A stretch of DNA of 64,000 nucleotides, from positions 21,266,001 to 21,330,000 of the forward strand of contig OX597823.1 of assembly GCA_951406725.2 (NCBI GenBank), written 5' to 3'. The first letter of the stretch is position 1. Each line of letters starts with the position of its first letter. The stretch is from Octopus vulgaris. Its lineage: Eukaryota. The translations under genes were made by a program, and so were the position numbers. The notes under the pieces are model-generated. The model saw nothing but the letters and a program-made list of their open reading frames with translations, was not told the origin of the DNA and searched no databases. Positions 41,351 through 54,908 of this stretch are shown piece after piece.

Positions 41351-42454
41351 TCCGTCTGAAACGTTTGGAAATTTGCCAAATAGAGACACTTGGGTTCTCA
41401 TCAAGGAAACCTTCTAGAACATTCTTCTATGAATAAAGTGACAACGACGTTTATTAAGCGAAGGACGCGAAATTTTGTAGTGAATAGCTTGTAAGACGTC
41501 ATGTGAAGGGCGGGGGATTAAGAATGACACCCACTTAAGGTAACAAACGGTCTATGATAGCAAATAGATGTTTATCTAATTCCTTTCAACGATTTAATGA
41601 GCCAATAGAGTTTGAATTGTTGAGTGTTGGTGAAGCACTGTAATATTCGCCATTCACTTCTGCACATTACATCGTTATTCACCCTTTAACGACTACTATT
41701 TATTGTTCGTCTTCACTTTTAACGATCTTGCTGTCATTCATTACACTGTCCCTTCAATACTTCTTAATCCTATTCCATCGACTTTTCTTTTCTGTAATGA
41801 TTTCATTTAAGACAAATTCATTTGTTCGTTCGTAAAGGAAACGCTTATAACCGCTTGAGTGGTTCGACGTGGAGATTAAACTGCAGCTTATATCTTTACC
41901 TTTTATAGACTTCGGATAGTAAAGAAAATTCCAGCAGAATTTATTCACGAAATTCAACGCTTCTTCTTACACCTCTTCTCTTTATTATGCAGAGTTTCTG
42001 GCGTCCCCGCTTCGCCGTCACTTATGCAAGTTCCTCTTAATGTCCGTTCGTAAAGCGGACATTCACCTATTCATATATTATCATTCACATGCAATAACGC
42101 AGGTAGCAGCGCCGGTGTGTATCGCACCGTTATGACAGACGATAGTTTGAATCCTCTCCACGGTGCTTTAGCCAGTCCATCAGTTATTCTCTGTGTGTTA
42201 TAACACAGGCGAACGGATATAGATATATAGATACACATATTAATAACTTAATATACTAATGATACTGTCGAATAATTCTTCAAAATTCAAGGAATTGAAA
42301 AATTCCAAATTCCAAGCAATTTCTGGGTTCTTTTAACTCGTCTGTATTTCCAGTTAGAGATCATACATTATAAAAGGTACAACACGACATAATTGTTTAC
42401 TATCTAATGTGTAAAAATATCTTTTAAGCGGGGCCCTCTTGACGTAATGGAGGA

Positions 42455-42525
<71 letters not shown>

Positions 42526-42804
42526 CATTATTATCATTATTATTATTATTATTATTATTATTGTTATTATTTAAATTATCATTGTTGTTGTTGTTGTTGT
42601 TGCTGACGTTGTTATTGTAGTTGTTGTTGTTGTCATCGTTAAGCCTTTCATCCTTTCGGGGTCGATAAAATAAGTATTAGTTGAACTCTTGGGTCGATAT
42701 AATCGACTCGTCCCCCACCTCCTCCATGCTTCCCTTGTGGCAAAATTTGGAAGTACCAGTAATAATTATTATTATTGTTCTTGTTATTATCATTATTGTC
42801 ATTA

Positions 42805-43212
42805 AGACGGCGAGCTGGTAGAATTGTTAGCACGCCGGGCTAAATGCTCAGCGGTATTTCGTCTGCCGTTACGTTCTGAGTTCAAATTCCGCCGAGGTCG
42901 ACTATGCCTTTCATCCTTTTGAGGTCGATAAATTAAGTACCAGTTACGCACTTCAGTCGATATAATCGACTTAATCCGTTTGTCTGTCCTTGTTTGTCCT
43001 CTCTGTGTTTAGCCCCTTGTGGGTAATAAAGAAATAGAAATAGGTATTTCGTCCGTCTTCACGTTCTGAGTTCAAATTCCGCCGCGGTCGACTATGCCTT
43101 TCATCCTTTCGGGGTCGATATATTAAGTACCAGTTGCGTATAGGAGGTCAATCTAATCGACTGCCCCCACCCCTTCTTCAAAATGTCGAGCCTTGTGCCT
43201 AGAGTAAAAGAT
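42805..43212 (+). mobile_element. SINE family A dimer (tail 1 unit then tail 2 unit)
   Basis: Junction aaagaaatagaaata|ggtatttcgtc at ~43042. Confidence 0.92.
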
Positions 43213-43222
43213 ATTATTTTTA

Positions 43223-43685
43223 TTGAGCGAGAGAGCAGTGCATGCCATCAAAGTCACACTGGGGTAAAATATACGAAGCCCAGTATACCTATCATGACTA
43301 CCCGTCTGATAAGAGTACACAAGGCACATGCATCACAACCATATATGCGCGACATAGTGATCTCACATCAAGATAAACAGCACATTACTTTGCAGGTGGG
43401 GCCCAGTTAGAAATTCCTTCTGGTCGAGTAGCCCATCCCGCACGAAAATTCCCTAAATAAGGGCTGTTTAAGGATGTTGAACGAAACACCCATGTTTCCA
43501 AAGGTGAATTATCCAAACCTCTAAGAATTTCTTTCAACACACGGCTACTTCTGCTTGTGATCAGAGATGCACATATTGTCAGCCACTAAGGGACATACTC
43601 AACTGGTTAAGGTCAAAAAACTGACAAGCAAATCTGTGGTATTGAGCAGAATATTTGCTGTAGCCCATCTTTTATACCAAGACAA
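43223..43685 (-). mobile_element. (ATT)n-inserted element, copy 2, truncated
   Basis: Homologous to 36958-37505; stops at ccaagacaaa and runs directly into (ATT)n. Confidence 0.85.
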
Positions 43686-43724
<39 letters not shown>

Positions 43725-44593
43725 ATTTCCCCCACCACATTTTGCTGTTTAGCCATTCTAGTTCTTTTAGAGTCCAGTTAAGAATAATAACTTATTTCTT
43801 GTAAAGATTTAACGCCAACTTCCTATTACTATTCACACATTTAGCTCTTTAGTATAAATTTAATGCATCTATAATGTTCCTAAGTTATTTTTCTTTAGTG
43901 CGCGCGTGTGTGTGAGAGAGTGTGTACCTACGCACGTGTGTCTTCCACCGACTAAATGATTAATTCCCAGGTGTGTGTGTGTGCGCGCGTGTTTTCCACT
44001 GTCTAAGTGATTAATTCCCAGGTGTGTGCGTGAAGTTTGTGTTAGATGTAATTCTTATCCGTGTTTTCTTTTTCTAGTATTGTTAATTAATTGTTGCTAA
44101 TTAGTCTTTCTCTCTTCTTTCTCTCAGCCTTTCTAGTCCAAATCTCATATGAATTTCGCAAGTAAGTCTTTGTACTGCCGTCTTTCATATACAAACAAAA
44201 GATGGTTGATTGTCTAACCATGGCTTTTGTATATAAATCCGGTCCTTTTTAACTTGTTGATTAAAGTTGTTAGAGCCAGACGGAAGAGGAATGAAGAGTG
44301 AAAAATACTTCTTCTAAAGAAGATTCGGTTAGATTGTATAACCTCTCATGTGTATCTACAGAATTGTTTTCAACTTACTTCTGACCTGCTTAAAGTATAT
44401 GGTTCTCAGTTACTCATAGTTAACTCTTCCACAATTCGACTGTGGGAAAAACTGTCAAAAACACTTCATTTTCCTCCATTGTCTTTTTTTCTTTCTTCTG
44501 TCACCTTCTATTTCCCACATAGATTCTCTTTGTCAACCTCACATTTTCGCCTTGCAAAGACCTACTGTACATTCTCACTGTCCTCTGTCTGTT

Positions 44594-44659
<66 letters not shown>

Positions 44660-44660
44660 A

Positions 44661-44692
<32 letters not shown>

Positions 44693-45574
44693 TTCTCTCT
44701 CTCACACATACACACACACACACACGATTTACTCTAATAGAGCTTCGGAAGTAGACAAATATTTCCGGGAAAGATAAAATTTTCCTCCAACAATCTATAT
44801 TTGATGGTTGATGGTTACTAAGTTTGGGGCTGAGTAATCTAAGGTTATATGTTGTACAAATTATTTCACTTTTTAATAAAATGATTAAGTTAATAATGAT
44901 GAAAAGGTCCAGAGAAAAATAACAATAGTTCTCTATCGTTTAAGTTCATAATGCTTAGCTACTAATAATTGAAACTAGAATATGACTGTCTCAAGTAAAG
45001 AAAAGGACTAAATAATGTCGAAACTTAAAAGATGTGGCCTTATTCTGTAAGAGAATATCGGGATCATCTTAGTAACTTAATCAAACAGTTTGTATGATTG
45101 TGTATAGACATACAGTGAGGAAGAGAGCGGTTAAATAAAAGTATACGTGTATTCCCTGTAAATATCGCTGTTTAAGTTATTAATAGTTTAGGCGTTTGGT
45201 GTTACAGAATATTCGTGCTGACCTATCTGTTGTCGAAAACACTTGATGTTGAATTTAATCTAACGTAATTCATGACAGCATCACTTTGTAACTGTGACCA
45301 TCTGAACGATTGCCGGGTTTTCGCAACTCTTTATATACGCTGTGAATTGTTTAAAGCTTGCGTGCTTTTCAGTGAACATTCTCTCATTTGTTAGAATGAC
45401 ATCAGTGAAGGAATCTCATGTGAAGTTGTTGGATGTCATTGGCCAGGTTTTGCTAACTTCATTGCTCAATGTGAAACAGCCTGCTTATTGATTATGAAAC
45501 CTTGTAATTGAAGTATGAATCCAAGTTCAAATTGCGGCAGAGACCTGCCCCGTCTTCAACTGTAAATGGAAATA

Positions 45575-45795
45575 TATTTCTTTACTACTCAGAAGGGGAT
45601 AAACACAGAGGGGACAAACAAGGACAGACAAACGGATTAAGTCGATTACATCGACCCCAGTGCGTAACTGGTACTTAATTTATCGACCCCGAAAGGATGA
45701 AAGGCAAAGTCGACCTCGGCGGAATTTGAACCCAGAACGTAACGGCAGACGAAATACGGCTACGCATTTCGCCCGGCGTGCTAACGTTTCTGCCA
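45575..45795 (-). mobile_element. SINE family A monomer, tail 1
   Basis: Near-consensus core and tail. Confidence 0.92.
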
Positions 45796-46814
45796 AGAAA
45801 AATACATGTATATATTTTTTCGATAAACTGACACAGTGTACAATGTTTATTCATAACACATGTGCAATTGAATTTCAAGAGGGATTTCGGGTGGGTGAAT
45901 GGACATAATGAACCAATAATACTAAAAGAAAATAGAAAATCATCTCAATAGATGATAAAATACACATTTCGATGTATAATTTCACCAATTATTATCAAGT
46001 TAATTAAAATAGATTTCTTGTTCAAAGTTGTAATTATGACTTCTAACAAAATGCAAAGTAATACGGAAAGCAGCGATGAATAAGGTTTGTCAGTCAGAGG
46101 TATAAATCATAACGATGTTCTCAATCAAATATATGACTTTCACTAAAGCCATATATTAGTGTTCAAAGGGTATTATACTTTACCTGTCATGCTATATATA
46201 TCACATAAATCACTGTTTACAGAAAAAGAATCTTCGGTCTAAAATTACATCTGTCTACTCTCTTTGAAAATTCCTCTTTGAACACTGTGCTAAATTGCGA
46301 AATGCACTGGAAATTAATTTTACTAAATACAACAAAAAAACATTGATAAATTATGTAATAACTTATTAAGCTTTGGGGCATGATTGACTCTTCGCAGCCG
46401 CGAATAATTTTTCTTCTGCTTTTTTTTTAACATTTTCCTTTTATTTTCATTATAGGAAATATTGCTGCTGAATTTAACGACTTCTGTGTATTTTTTCATT
46501 GTTCAAAGATTGTCTTTTTATCTTTTCTGTTGAGAATAATATTGTTGAATTTAATGACTCATGTGCAAAACTTTGTATCACCATTTGGTTTAGCAGCAAA
46601 AAGCCATTTGTGTGTGTGTGTGTCTGTTTGTGAGTGTGTGTGTGTGTGTTTTGTGTGGGGGTGTGCCACCATATATCATTGGACCAAACAAATGTAATTC
46701 TCACAAAATTGTCAGTTTTCGGTCTCATGCGATCTCGACGAATTTTTCTGCCGAAAAATATTTGGAAAAACGAATCTGTTGTATACAGAAGCATTTTACG
46801 GAATATAAAATATA

Positions 46815-47058
46815 TTGGTTGGCGCATAATTATTGCGGCTTTTTGTTGTTTTTTTCAACAAAAACGATAGTAATATTTAACAAAAACATCTTTAAATGAC
46901 GGTCTGGCCATCTGCCAAGCAAACAGGTAGCAGTTATTGAAGTAGATGGTGATTATGCTCCGGAATAATCATTTAAAGACGTTTTTGTTAAATATTGTTA
47001 TAGTTTTTGTTGAATAAAATTTGTTGAAAAAAGCCACAATAATTATGCACCAACCCAA
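46815..47058. mobile_element. Mariner-derived MITE with TA TSD and ~85-bp inverted arms
   Basis: Ends ttggttggcgcataattattgcggcttttt / aaaaagccacaataattatgcaccaacccaa, each flanked by TA. Centre retains a transposase C-terminus (AVIEVDGDYAPE*). Confidence 0.9.
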
Positions 47059-47339
47059 TAGTATCTTATTTGTTATTTTTTATATAAAAGTACTTATACG
47101 CACAGGTATGACTGAGTACTTATAGGCACAGGTACGACGTTCGCTTGCCGACCACGTGGTTTCGAGTTAAGTGATACTGCGCAGGAGTTGAGCAAGTGCT
47201 TTTTACTGTAGCTTTTGATCGATCAATGCCTTCTGAGTGAAACTTATAGACGGAAGTTATGTAGAAGCCCATCATATACGTGTATGTGATCGTGTGTGTC
47301 CCCGTATTTCTCCAAAGATTTCTTGACAACCCGTGTTGG

Positions 47340-47555
47340 TTTACTCTTTTATTCTTTTACGCGTTTCAGTAATTTGACTGCGGCCATGTTGGAGCACCGG
47401 TTTTAGTCGAAGAAATCGACCCCAGATCTAATTCTTTGTAAGCCTAGTACTTATTCTATCAGTTTCTTTTGCCGAACAGCTAAGTTTCGGGGGCATAAAC
47501 ACACCAACATGGGTTATCAAGCGATGGTGGGGAAACAAACATAGATACAAAGACA

Positions 47556-47608
<53 letters not shown>

Positions 47609-47858
47609 AGGGTAGAAGGGCATACACACACTACTAAGGGTACTAGCAAGCAGTACCAGCATACTGACATAAAAATTATATACATACATATATATATACA
47701 CGACAGGCTTCTTTCAGTTCCCGTCTACCAAATCCACTCAGAAGGCTTTGGTTAACCCGAGGCTATAGCAAAAGACGCTGGCCCAAGGTACCACGCAGTC
47801 TGACTGAACCCGGAACCATATGGTTGGGAAACAAGCTTTTTACCACACAGCCACGCCT
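47340..47858 (-). mobile_element. SINE family B, full length, with expanded internal tract
   Basis: Head at 47858, tail at 47340; internal (CA)n plus a ~75-bp unique insert. Confidence 0.9.
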
Positions 47859-48364
47859 GTAATTTGTAATTTGGTAGCTCAAGGGCAGTAGAAGGAGTAC
47901 CAGATTTGAAAAGAGTATGTACTGGGGGTCGATTTGTTCGACGAAATCCTTTAGAGCGGGGCCCCAACATGGTCGCAGTCCAGTGAATGAAAGAAGAATA
48001 ACCAAAATAATATCGTTTTATTATATTTCCAATAAGGAAGGACTGAAAAGAAGAAAGTTGGAATCGCTTAAATTTTTTAGTTTCTAGGAATGGATATAAT
48101 ACTAACTACTACGGGGAAAACATTTATTACATGCAAGGAAAATAAAGTAATCTGGCACAAGACCAGTAAATCTGAAAGGGAAAGGTAAGCTGATACCAAC
48201 AATCTGACTTGTATTTCAGTACTTGACTGGTGTTTCACTTTTGCGGCCCCGGAGCGATGAAAAGTAAAACTGACTTCAGAATGTAACTAGTAAGAAGACA
48301 TATCACAAAACTTTTTTTCCGACTTTGTAACGATTCCGCCAGTCCACTGCTCCTTTTCAATTAA

Positions 48365-48722
48365 TGCCTGAAATTTTAGCACAAGGCCAGTACTTTTAAG
48401 GAGAATGGTGCAGTCGATTACATTAACTCCAGTACTTGATTGGTACTTTATTTTATTGAACCCGAAGGGATGCAAGCCGAAGTTGACCTCGACAGAATCT
48501 GAACTCAGAATGTAAAGACGGACGAAATGGCACTAAGGTGTCCTCGACAGAATCTGAACTCAGAATGTAAAGACGGACGAAATATCACAAAGTTGACTTC
48601 GACAGAATTTGAAGTCGGAATGTAACGACGAACGAAATGTCACTTAGCTGACCTCGGAATAATTTGAATTCAAACGTAAAATGTCCAAAGGTATGTCGCT
48701 GAGCATTTTCCCCGATATGCTA
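48365..48722 (-). mobile_element. Old SINE family A copy with the ~55-bp B-box segment repeated four times
   Basis: gacctcgacagaatYtgaactcagaatgtaaagacggacgaaat recurs at ~48485, ~48541, ~48594 and ~48650. Confidence 0.82.
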
Positions 48723-48972
48723 AATATAGATTACGGCTTCATTTCCTGAAAATTAAATATGCTTTCGTCTTAATATTTCAAAAATATAAAAATGTGATTA
48801 GAAATGAAATCGAAATATAATTATTGTTATATAGTTATGTCCATGATCATCATCTGAATAGAAAACGATGAGAGAAAATGGAAGATCATCCCCACTTTGT
48901 TTTACAAGTTCCTTCTCCTTCATCTCTCTTTTCTTTATTCTCTAAGGTTGTACTTTTATCTCAGTTTCTTGC

Positions 48973-49022
<50 letters not shown>

Positions 49023-49438
49023 TATCTATCTATCTATCTCCTTTTCCTTTTGCTACCCAGACTCACTCGCTATTTGAAGTGGAACATCAGTGAAAGGAGA
49101 AGATGAGAAAGGGAAGGAGACAAGGAAAGAGGAAACTGTGACAGACAACATCTGTATTAGTTTGTAATGAAGAGGAGAGATCTTACAAGTATGTAAGATC
49201 AAACAAAACAATCCAAACATTGATAAGATTCCCCTCGGCTACGTTGCTGATCTAAAGATTTATTAAGGAGTTAAGGGACACATTTATTTTATTTGCATAT
49301 ATATATGGAAGTTATACATCTCTATCTCAGTATCTATGTGTGTTGTTTGCGTGTGGTGTGGCTAATCTGTCGATAGATGTAAATGGGTGCGTATGTATGG
49401 TTACGTATGGGGAGAGCATCTGCAAGCATGCATTTAGA

Positions 49439-49526
<88 letters not shown>

Positions 49527-49865
49527 AGGACAGAGAAAAAGAAGAGTGTAGTCTGCTGAGATATGTATGTAATTCTGTATGTGTGAGTAAGTATTTAACC
49601 ACATCTCTCATTGTCTTCCTTTCTCCATTATCGATTCTCTATATCACCCTCCAGCTTTACCTCCTTCAAGGACGCAATGGTCACACGTTATCAACCCTTT
49701 TTTTCAGTGGCACTTATTTCATTCCTTATCTCGTAAACCCCACGCCGCCTTTTAGCCCCCACGGCTTTACGATTCGTTTCCGAGGACACACAAATTCACC
49801 GCAAAGTCTGTGCCTGCTTGTACATGTATGTTTAGTCTTTGTGTTTTTGTGTGCGTATGCGTGCA

Positions 49866-49909
<44 letters not shown>

Positions 49910-49975
49910 TGTGTGTACATGTGTGTTTGTGTGAGTTTGTGCGTGTGTGTCTACAAATCGCATAGACTATATATA

Positions 49976-50456
49976 GGCGTGGCTGTGTGGTAAGAAGCTC
50001 ACTTCTCAACCACATGGTTCCCGGTTCAGTCCTACTGCGTGGTATCTCGGTCAAGTGTCTTTTACATATATATATATATGTGTGTGTGTGTGTATGTATG
50101 CATGTATGTATGCATGTATGTATGTATGTATAAATGTATATATGTATGTATGTATGCATGTATGTATGTATGTATGTATGTATGTATGTATGTATGTATG
50201 TATGTATGTATGTATGTATGGATGTATGCGCATGTGTATGTACATAAATATGTATATCTTTGTGCGACTGCGTTTGTCCCCCCACCATCGCTTGACAACA
50301 GACGTTGATGTGTTTACATTTCCGTAACTTAACGGTTCGGCAAAAGAGACCGATAGAGCAAGTACTAGGCTTAAAAAGGAATAAGTCCTGAGGTCGATTT
50401 GTTCGACAAAAGGCGGTGCTCCGGCATGGCCGCAGTCAAATTATCGAAACAAGTAA
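49976..50456 (+). mobile_element. SINE family B with internal (TATG)n expansion
   Basis: Head ggcgtggctgtgtggtaagaagc, ~200 bp of microsatellite, conserved 3' half. Confidence 0.88.
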
Positions 50457-51122
50457 ACACATACCAGTATATGAGCAGCCGCACATTACACACGTACACA
50501 CTCACACACATCACATTCTCACACACACGCCATTCTCACATACACACGCACACGCACGCGTACCCTCGTTTGAAATCACTAGCGCGGTATTATCTCCCTT
50601 TCCTTTACTCCTACCTCCACTCTTCATTCATACCAAGTGCCGTGGGACACTTTACACACTCAAAAGAAACTTGCAAGAACTTCTTCGACTCTTCATTCTA
50701 AGAAGTAGTCGTACGTGGTCACGAGTTGACCTCCACCATATGCATACATACATGCATGCATGCATTCATACAGACATACAGACATACATACATACATACA
50801 TACATACATACATACATACATACATACATGCATACATACATACATACTTACATACATACATGTATACATACACACACATACATAAATACATGCATACATA
50901 CAAACATACATACAGACAGACAGATATGCATGCATCTATGCATGCATACATAATGCATACTTATATACTTACATACATATACACGTACATACATAATGGA
51001 TACATGCATACATACACGCACATAGATACATGCATGCATACATATACACACAAACATACACACACATACATACATTCTTACATACACAAATACATACACA
51101 TATACATTCATATGTACGTACA

Positions 51123-51154
<32 letters not shown>

Positions 51155-51395
51155 CACACACATAGATACACACACATACATAGATGCATAAACACATATA
51201 TACATGCATACATACACATATACCTACATACACACACATAAACGTATATACGTACATACACAGATACATACATATATTTGTAAATATATATATAGGAAGA
51301 GAGAGAAAGATAGACAGACAGGCAGGTAGATAGATAGATAGAGAGAGAGACAAACAGATAGATAGAGACATAGAGAAATAGAGAGAGAGAGAAAG

Positions 51396-51727
<332 letters not shown>

Positions 51728-51789
51728 GTGAACTTAGCCGAAAACTCACGGAAGCCAAATTTCTAGCTTTGTGCCAAGATATTATTATC

Positions 51790-52330
51790 AGGAATAAAGG
51801 TACTGCTAGGTCAATATACCTCTGGATCTGGTGAGGTTCTTAGGTTGCCCCTTGCTAGAAATTCTCCATATGTGTGATGTACCAGTTAAAACAATCTTTT
51901 GCACTTCCAACATGAATGGTAAACCAGGGATCAGTCTTAAATAATTTTAATTTCCTCTTTTCATCATTCCAAGTACTCCAGCAATCGCTGGTATTGTAAC
52001 CGTCTTGAGATGCCACATCTTTTTGATTTCGATTAGTAAATCCTTATATTTTCTGAGCTTATCAAATTCTTTTGCCGAGATATTATGGTCACAGGGTATT
52101 CTCATGTCAATCAATAAATAGACTTTACTGTAAGAGACATTCACAGCAATATCTGGTTTATTTGCTTTGATACATACTGGGAAGTCCCTCAGTTACAGCC
52201 TCAGGGTGGTGCTTGTACCATTTGTCAACAGTTTTGATTTTATAATGCCGACACATTATCCAGTTGGCCAAATCAGTCGTCTCTTGATTTGTACACTACA
52301 GATGCTAAAACATTACGCAGAAACTACTGC
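51790..52330 (-). pseudogene. R4/Dong-clade retrotransposon RLE domain, older disrupted copy
   Basis: WIMCRHYKIKTVDKWYKHHPEAV...IKANKPDI...LIDMRIPCDHNISAKEFDKLRKYKDLLIEIKKMWHLKTVTIPAIAGVLG...VQKIVLTGTSHI. Confidence 0.88.
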
Positions 52331-52351
52331 TTTATTATTATTATTATCATG

Positions 52352-52383
<32 letters not shown>

Positions 52384-52442
52384 GATTATTATTATTATTA
52401 TTATTATTATTATCATCATTATTATCATTATTATTATTATAA

Positions 52443-52516
<74 letters not shown>

Positions 52517-52519
<3 letters not shown>

Positions 52520-52948
52520 TAGTTTTATTTTTATAGCGTGCTTTCACTTCACTACCGAGCGCAGCTCTGTGTGCCTTAGGTATGTGCTGTGATTTGTTGT
52601 GATGCTCTGATGGTTATTGTATGGAAAGTGTTCTGCGTAGGATGTGTGCAGTGCCTAGTAGTGCAATTTTCTGTATGTTATATGTGTTTGTAAGTCCTGG
52701 TGTTTTTGTTATGTATTTGTCTGAATATTTTTTTATCATGCCTAATGCACCTACTATGATAGGAATTGTTTCTGGTTTCAGATTCCACATTCTAGTTACC
52801 TCTATTTCCAGGTCTTTGTATTTTGAGAGTTTCTCCATTTCTTTTTGAGACACGTTGTCATCTGCCGGTACTGATACATCAATTAGAAAGCATTTTTTTT
52901 CTTCATGGTCTCTGACAACTATATCTGGTCTGTTGGCCTTAATTTCTC

Positions 52949-52949
<1 letters not shown>
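52517..52949 (-). mobile_element. R4/Dong-clade retrotransposon 3' end with intact frame, embedded in (TAA)n
   Basis: EIKANRPDIVVRD...CFLIDVSVPADDNVSQKEMEKLSKYKDLEIEVTRMWNLKPETIPIIVGALG...IQKIALLGTAHILRRTLSIQ*. (ATT)n flanks both sides. Confidence 0.93.
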
Positions 52950-52997
<48 letters not shown>

Positions 52998-53040
52998 GTT
53001 GTTGTTGTTGTTGTTGTTGTTTTTGTTGTTGTTGTTATTA

Positions 53041-53226
53041 AGGCGGCGAGCTGGCAGAAACGTATTTCACCCGTCGCTATGTTCTAAGTTCAAATTTCGC
53101 CGAGATTGACTTTGCCTTTCATCCTTTCGTGACTCGATAAATTAAGTACCAGTGAAACATTAGGGTCGATGCAATTGACTAGTCCCTTCACCACAATTTT
53201 GAGGCATTATGCCTATAGTGCAAAGG
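53041..53226 (+). mobile_element. SINE family A monomer, tail 2
   Basis: aggcggcgagctggcagaaac head and core, between ATT tracts. Confidence 0.85.
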
Positions 53227-53302
<76 letters not shown>

Positions 53303-53463
53303 TATGTTTGGCTTTTGCTTTATATTTGTACAAGTTGGCTCCAAGTCTCACCCAGAGACCTCAAGAGACAACAGGGTTGGAAGTTCATGTTGTTGTTATG
53401 CCTAGTGTGCCATATATTTGGGGGGTGGGGATGTTGTACTAATGAATGTCTAAAAAAAAAAGG

Positions 53464-53502
<39 letters not shown>

Positions 53503-53506
53503 TTTG

Positions 53507-53537
<31 letters not shown>

Positions 53538-53538
<1 letters not shown>

Positions 53539-54073
53539 GAGTGAGAGAGCAGTGCATGCCATCAAAGTGACACTGGGGTAAAATATACGAAACCCAGTAT
53601 ACCCATCATGACTACCCATCTGATAAGGGTATGCTAGGCATATGCATTACAACCATATATGCGCGACATGGTGATCTCACATCATGATAAACATCACATG
53701 ACCTTGCAGGTGTGGCCCAGTTAGAATTTTCTTTTGGTCGAGTAGCCCATCCCGCTCAAAAGCTCCCTGAATAAGGGTTGTTTAAGGATTTTGAACTAAA
53801 CACCCATGTTTCCAAAGGTGAATTATCCAAACCTCTAAGAATTCCTTTCAACACACGGCTATGATGCTCACCCACTACTTCTGCTCGTGATCAGAGATGC
53901 ACATATCGTCAGCCACTCAACTGGTTATATTCAAACAGCTGACAAGCAAATCTGTGGCATTGAGCAGAATATTTGCAGTAGCCCATCTTTTATACCAAGA
54001 CAAAACAATGTACTTGATAACACTTCCAATCAGTTAAGATCAGAAGCCATGAGAGCCACTGTATGGTACTGCA
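53538..54073 (-). mobile_element. (ATT)n-inserted element, copy 3
   Basis: Homologous to 36958-37505; flanked by (ATT)n and (ATC)n. Confidence 0.87.
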
Positions 54074-54098
54074 ATCATCATCATCATCATCATCATCG

Positions 54099-54144
<46 letters not shown>

Positions 54145-54157
54145 TATCATTATTATT

Positions 54158-54213
<56 letters not shown>

Positions 54214-54661
54214 CATTATTATTATTATTATTATTCGATTTAAGATCTGAAAGGCGCACTTGTTAACTTCTCTCCCTCAAGTAACATGACCTTAGACAGG
54301 TAGTTCTAAGAAATGTCTACTACTGTAAAGATGCATTGTTTGAGTTTTTCTCTTTTTTTTTATTTAGCTCGTTGACATAAAGTGCGAATTCTTTGGCATG
54401 AAACCTAAAAGAAGAAAGCAATTACTATTGGCATAATTATATTTTGTGTCTGCATTCACGAAAATTTCCAACTGAAACCTTTTAATAATTATCAATTTTC
54501 TCGTACTCCTGTGTATATGTTCGTTTATAATGTAACAAATTTCGTTCCTTTTTCTCAACGTTAACGATATCTAGTCGACAGTAAGCATTCGATTTCTGGA
54601 GATATTAAAATAGTACAAGAATTTTGCATATTCATTTTGTATCCGTCTCTCCAGAATATGT

Positions 54662-54908
54662 GAAGGCGCGTGGCTTAGTGGTTAGGGTGCTGGATTCATA
54701 GTCGTAAGATTGTGGTTTTGATTCCTGGACCGGGCGATGTGTTGTGTTCCTGAGCAAAACACTTCATTTCACGTTGCTCCAGTCCATTCAGCTGGCAAAA
54801 ATGAGTAATCCTGCGATGGATCGTCATTCAATCCAGGTGGGACATTTATACGCCACTGAAGCCGGGAAACCGGCCCTTATTAGCCCTGGCATGGCTTGAG
54901 AAGGAAAC
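54662..54908 (+). mobile_element. tRNA-derived SINE (family C3) with CORE/V-like central segments
   Basis: ggcgcgtggcttagtggttagggtg (A box), ggttttgattcc (B-box-like), gttgtgttcctgagcaaaacactt and cctgcgatgga segments. Tail shared with 15090. Confidence 0.82.

Noticed and set aside
54662-54735. tRNA gene candidates (also SINE heads at 15280-15347 and 42805-42895)
   Set aside because: A/B-box-like motifs are present but no complete cloverleaf, and each continues into a SINE body.
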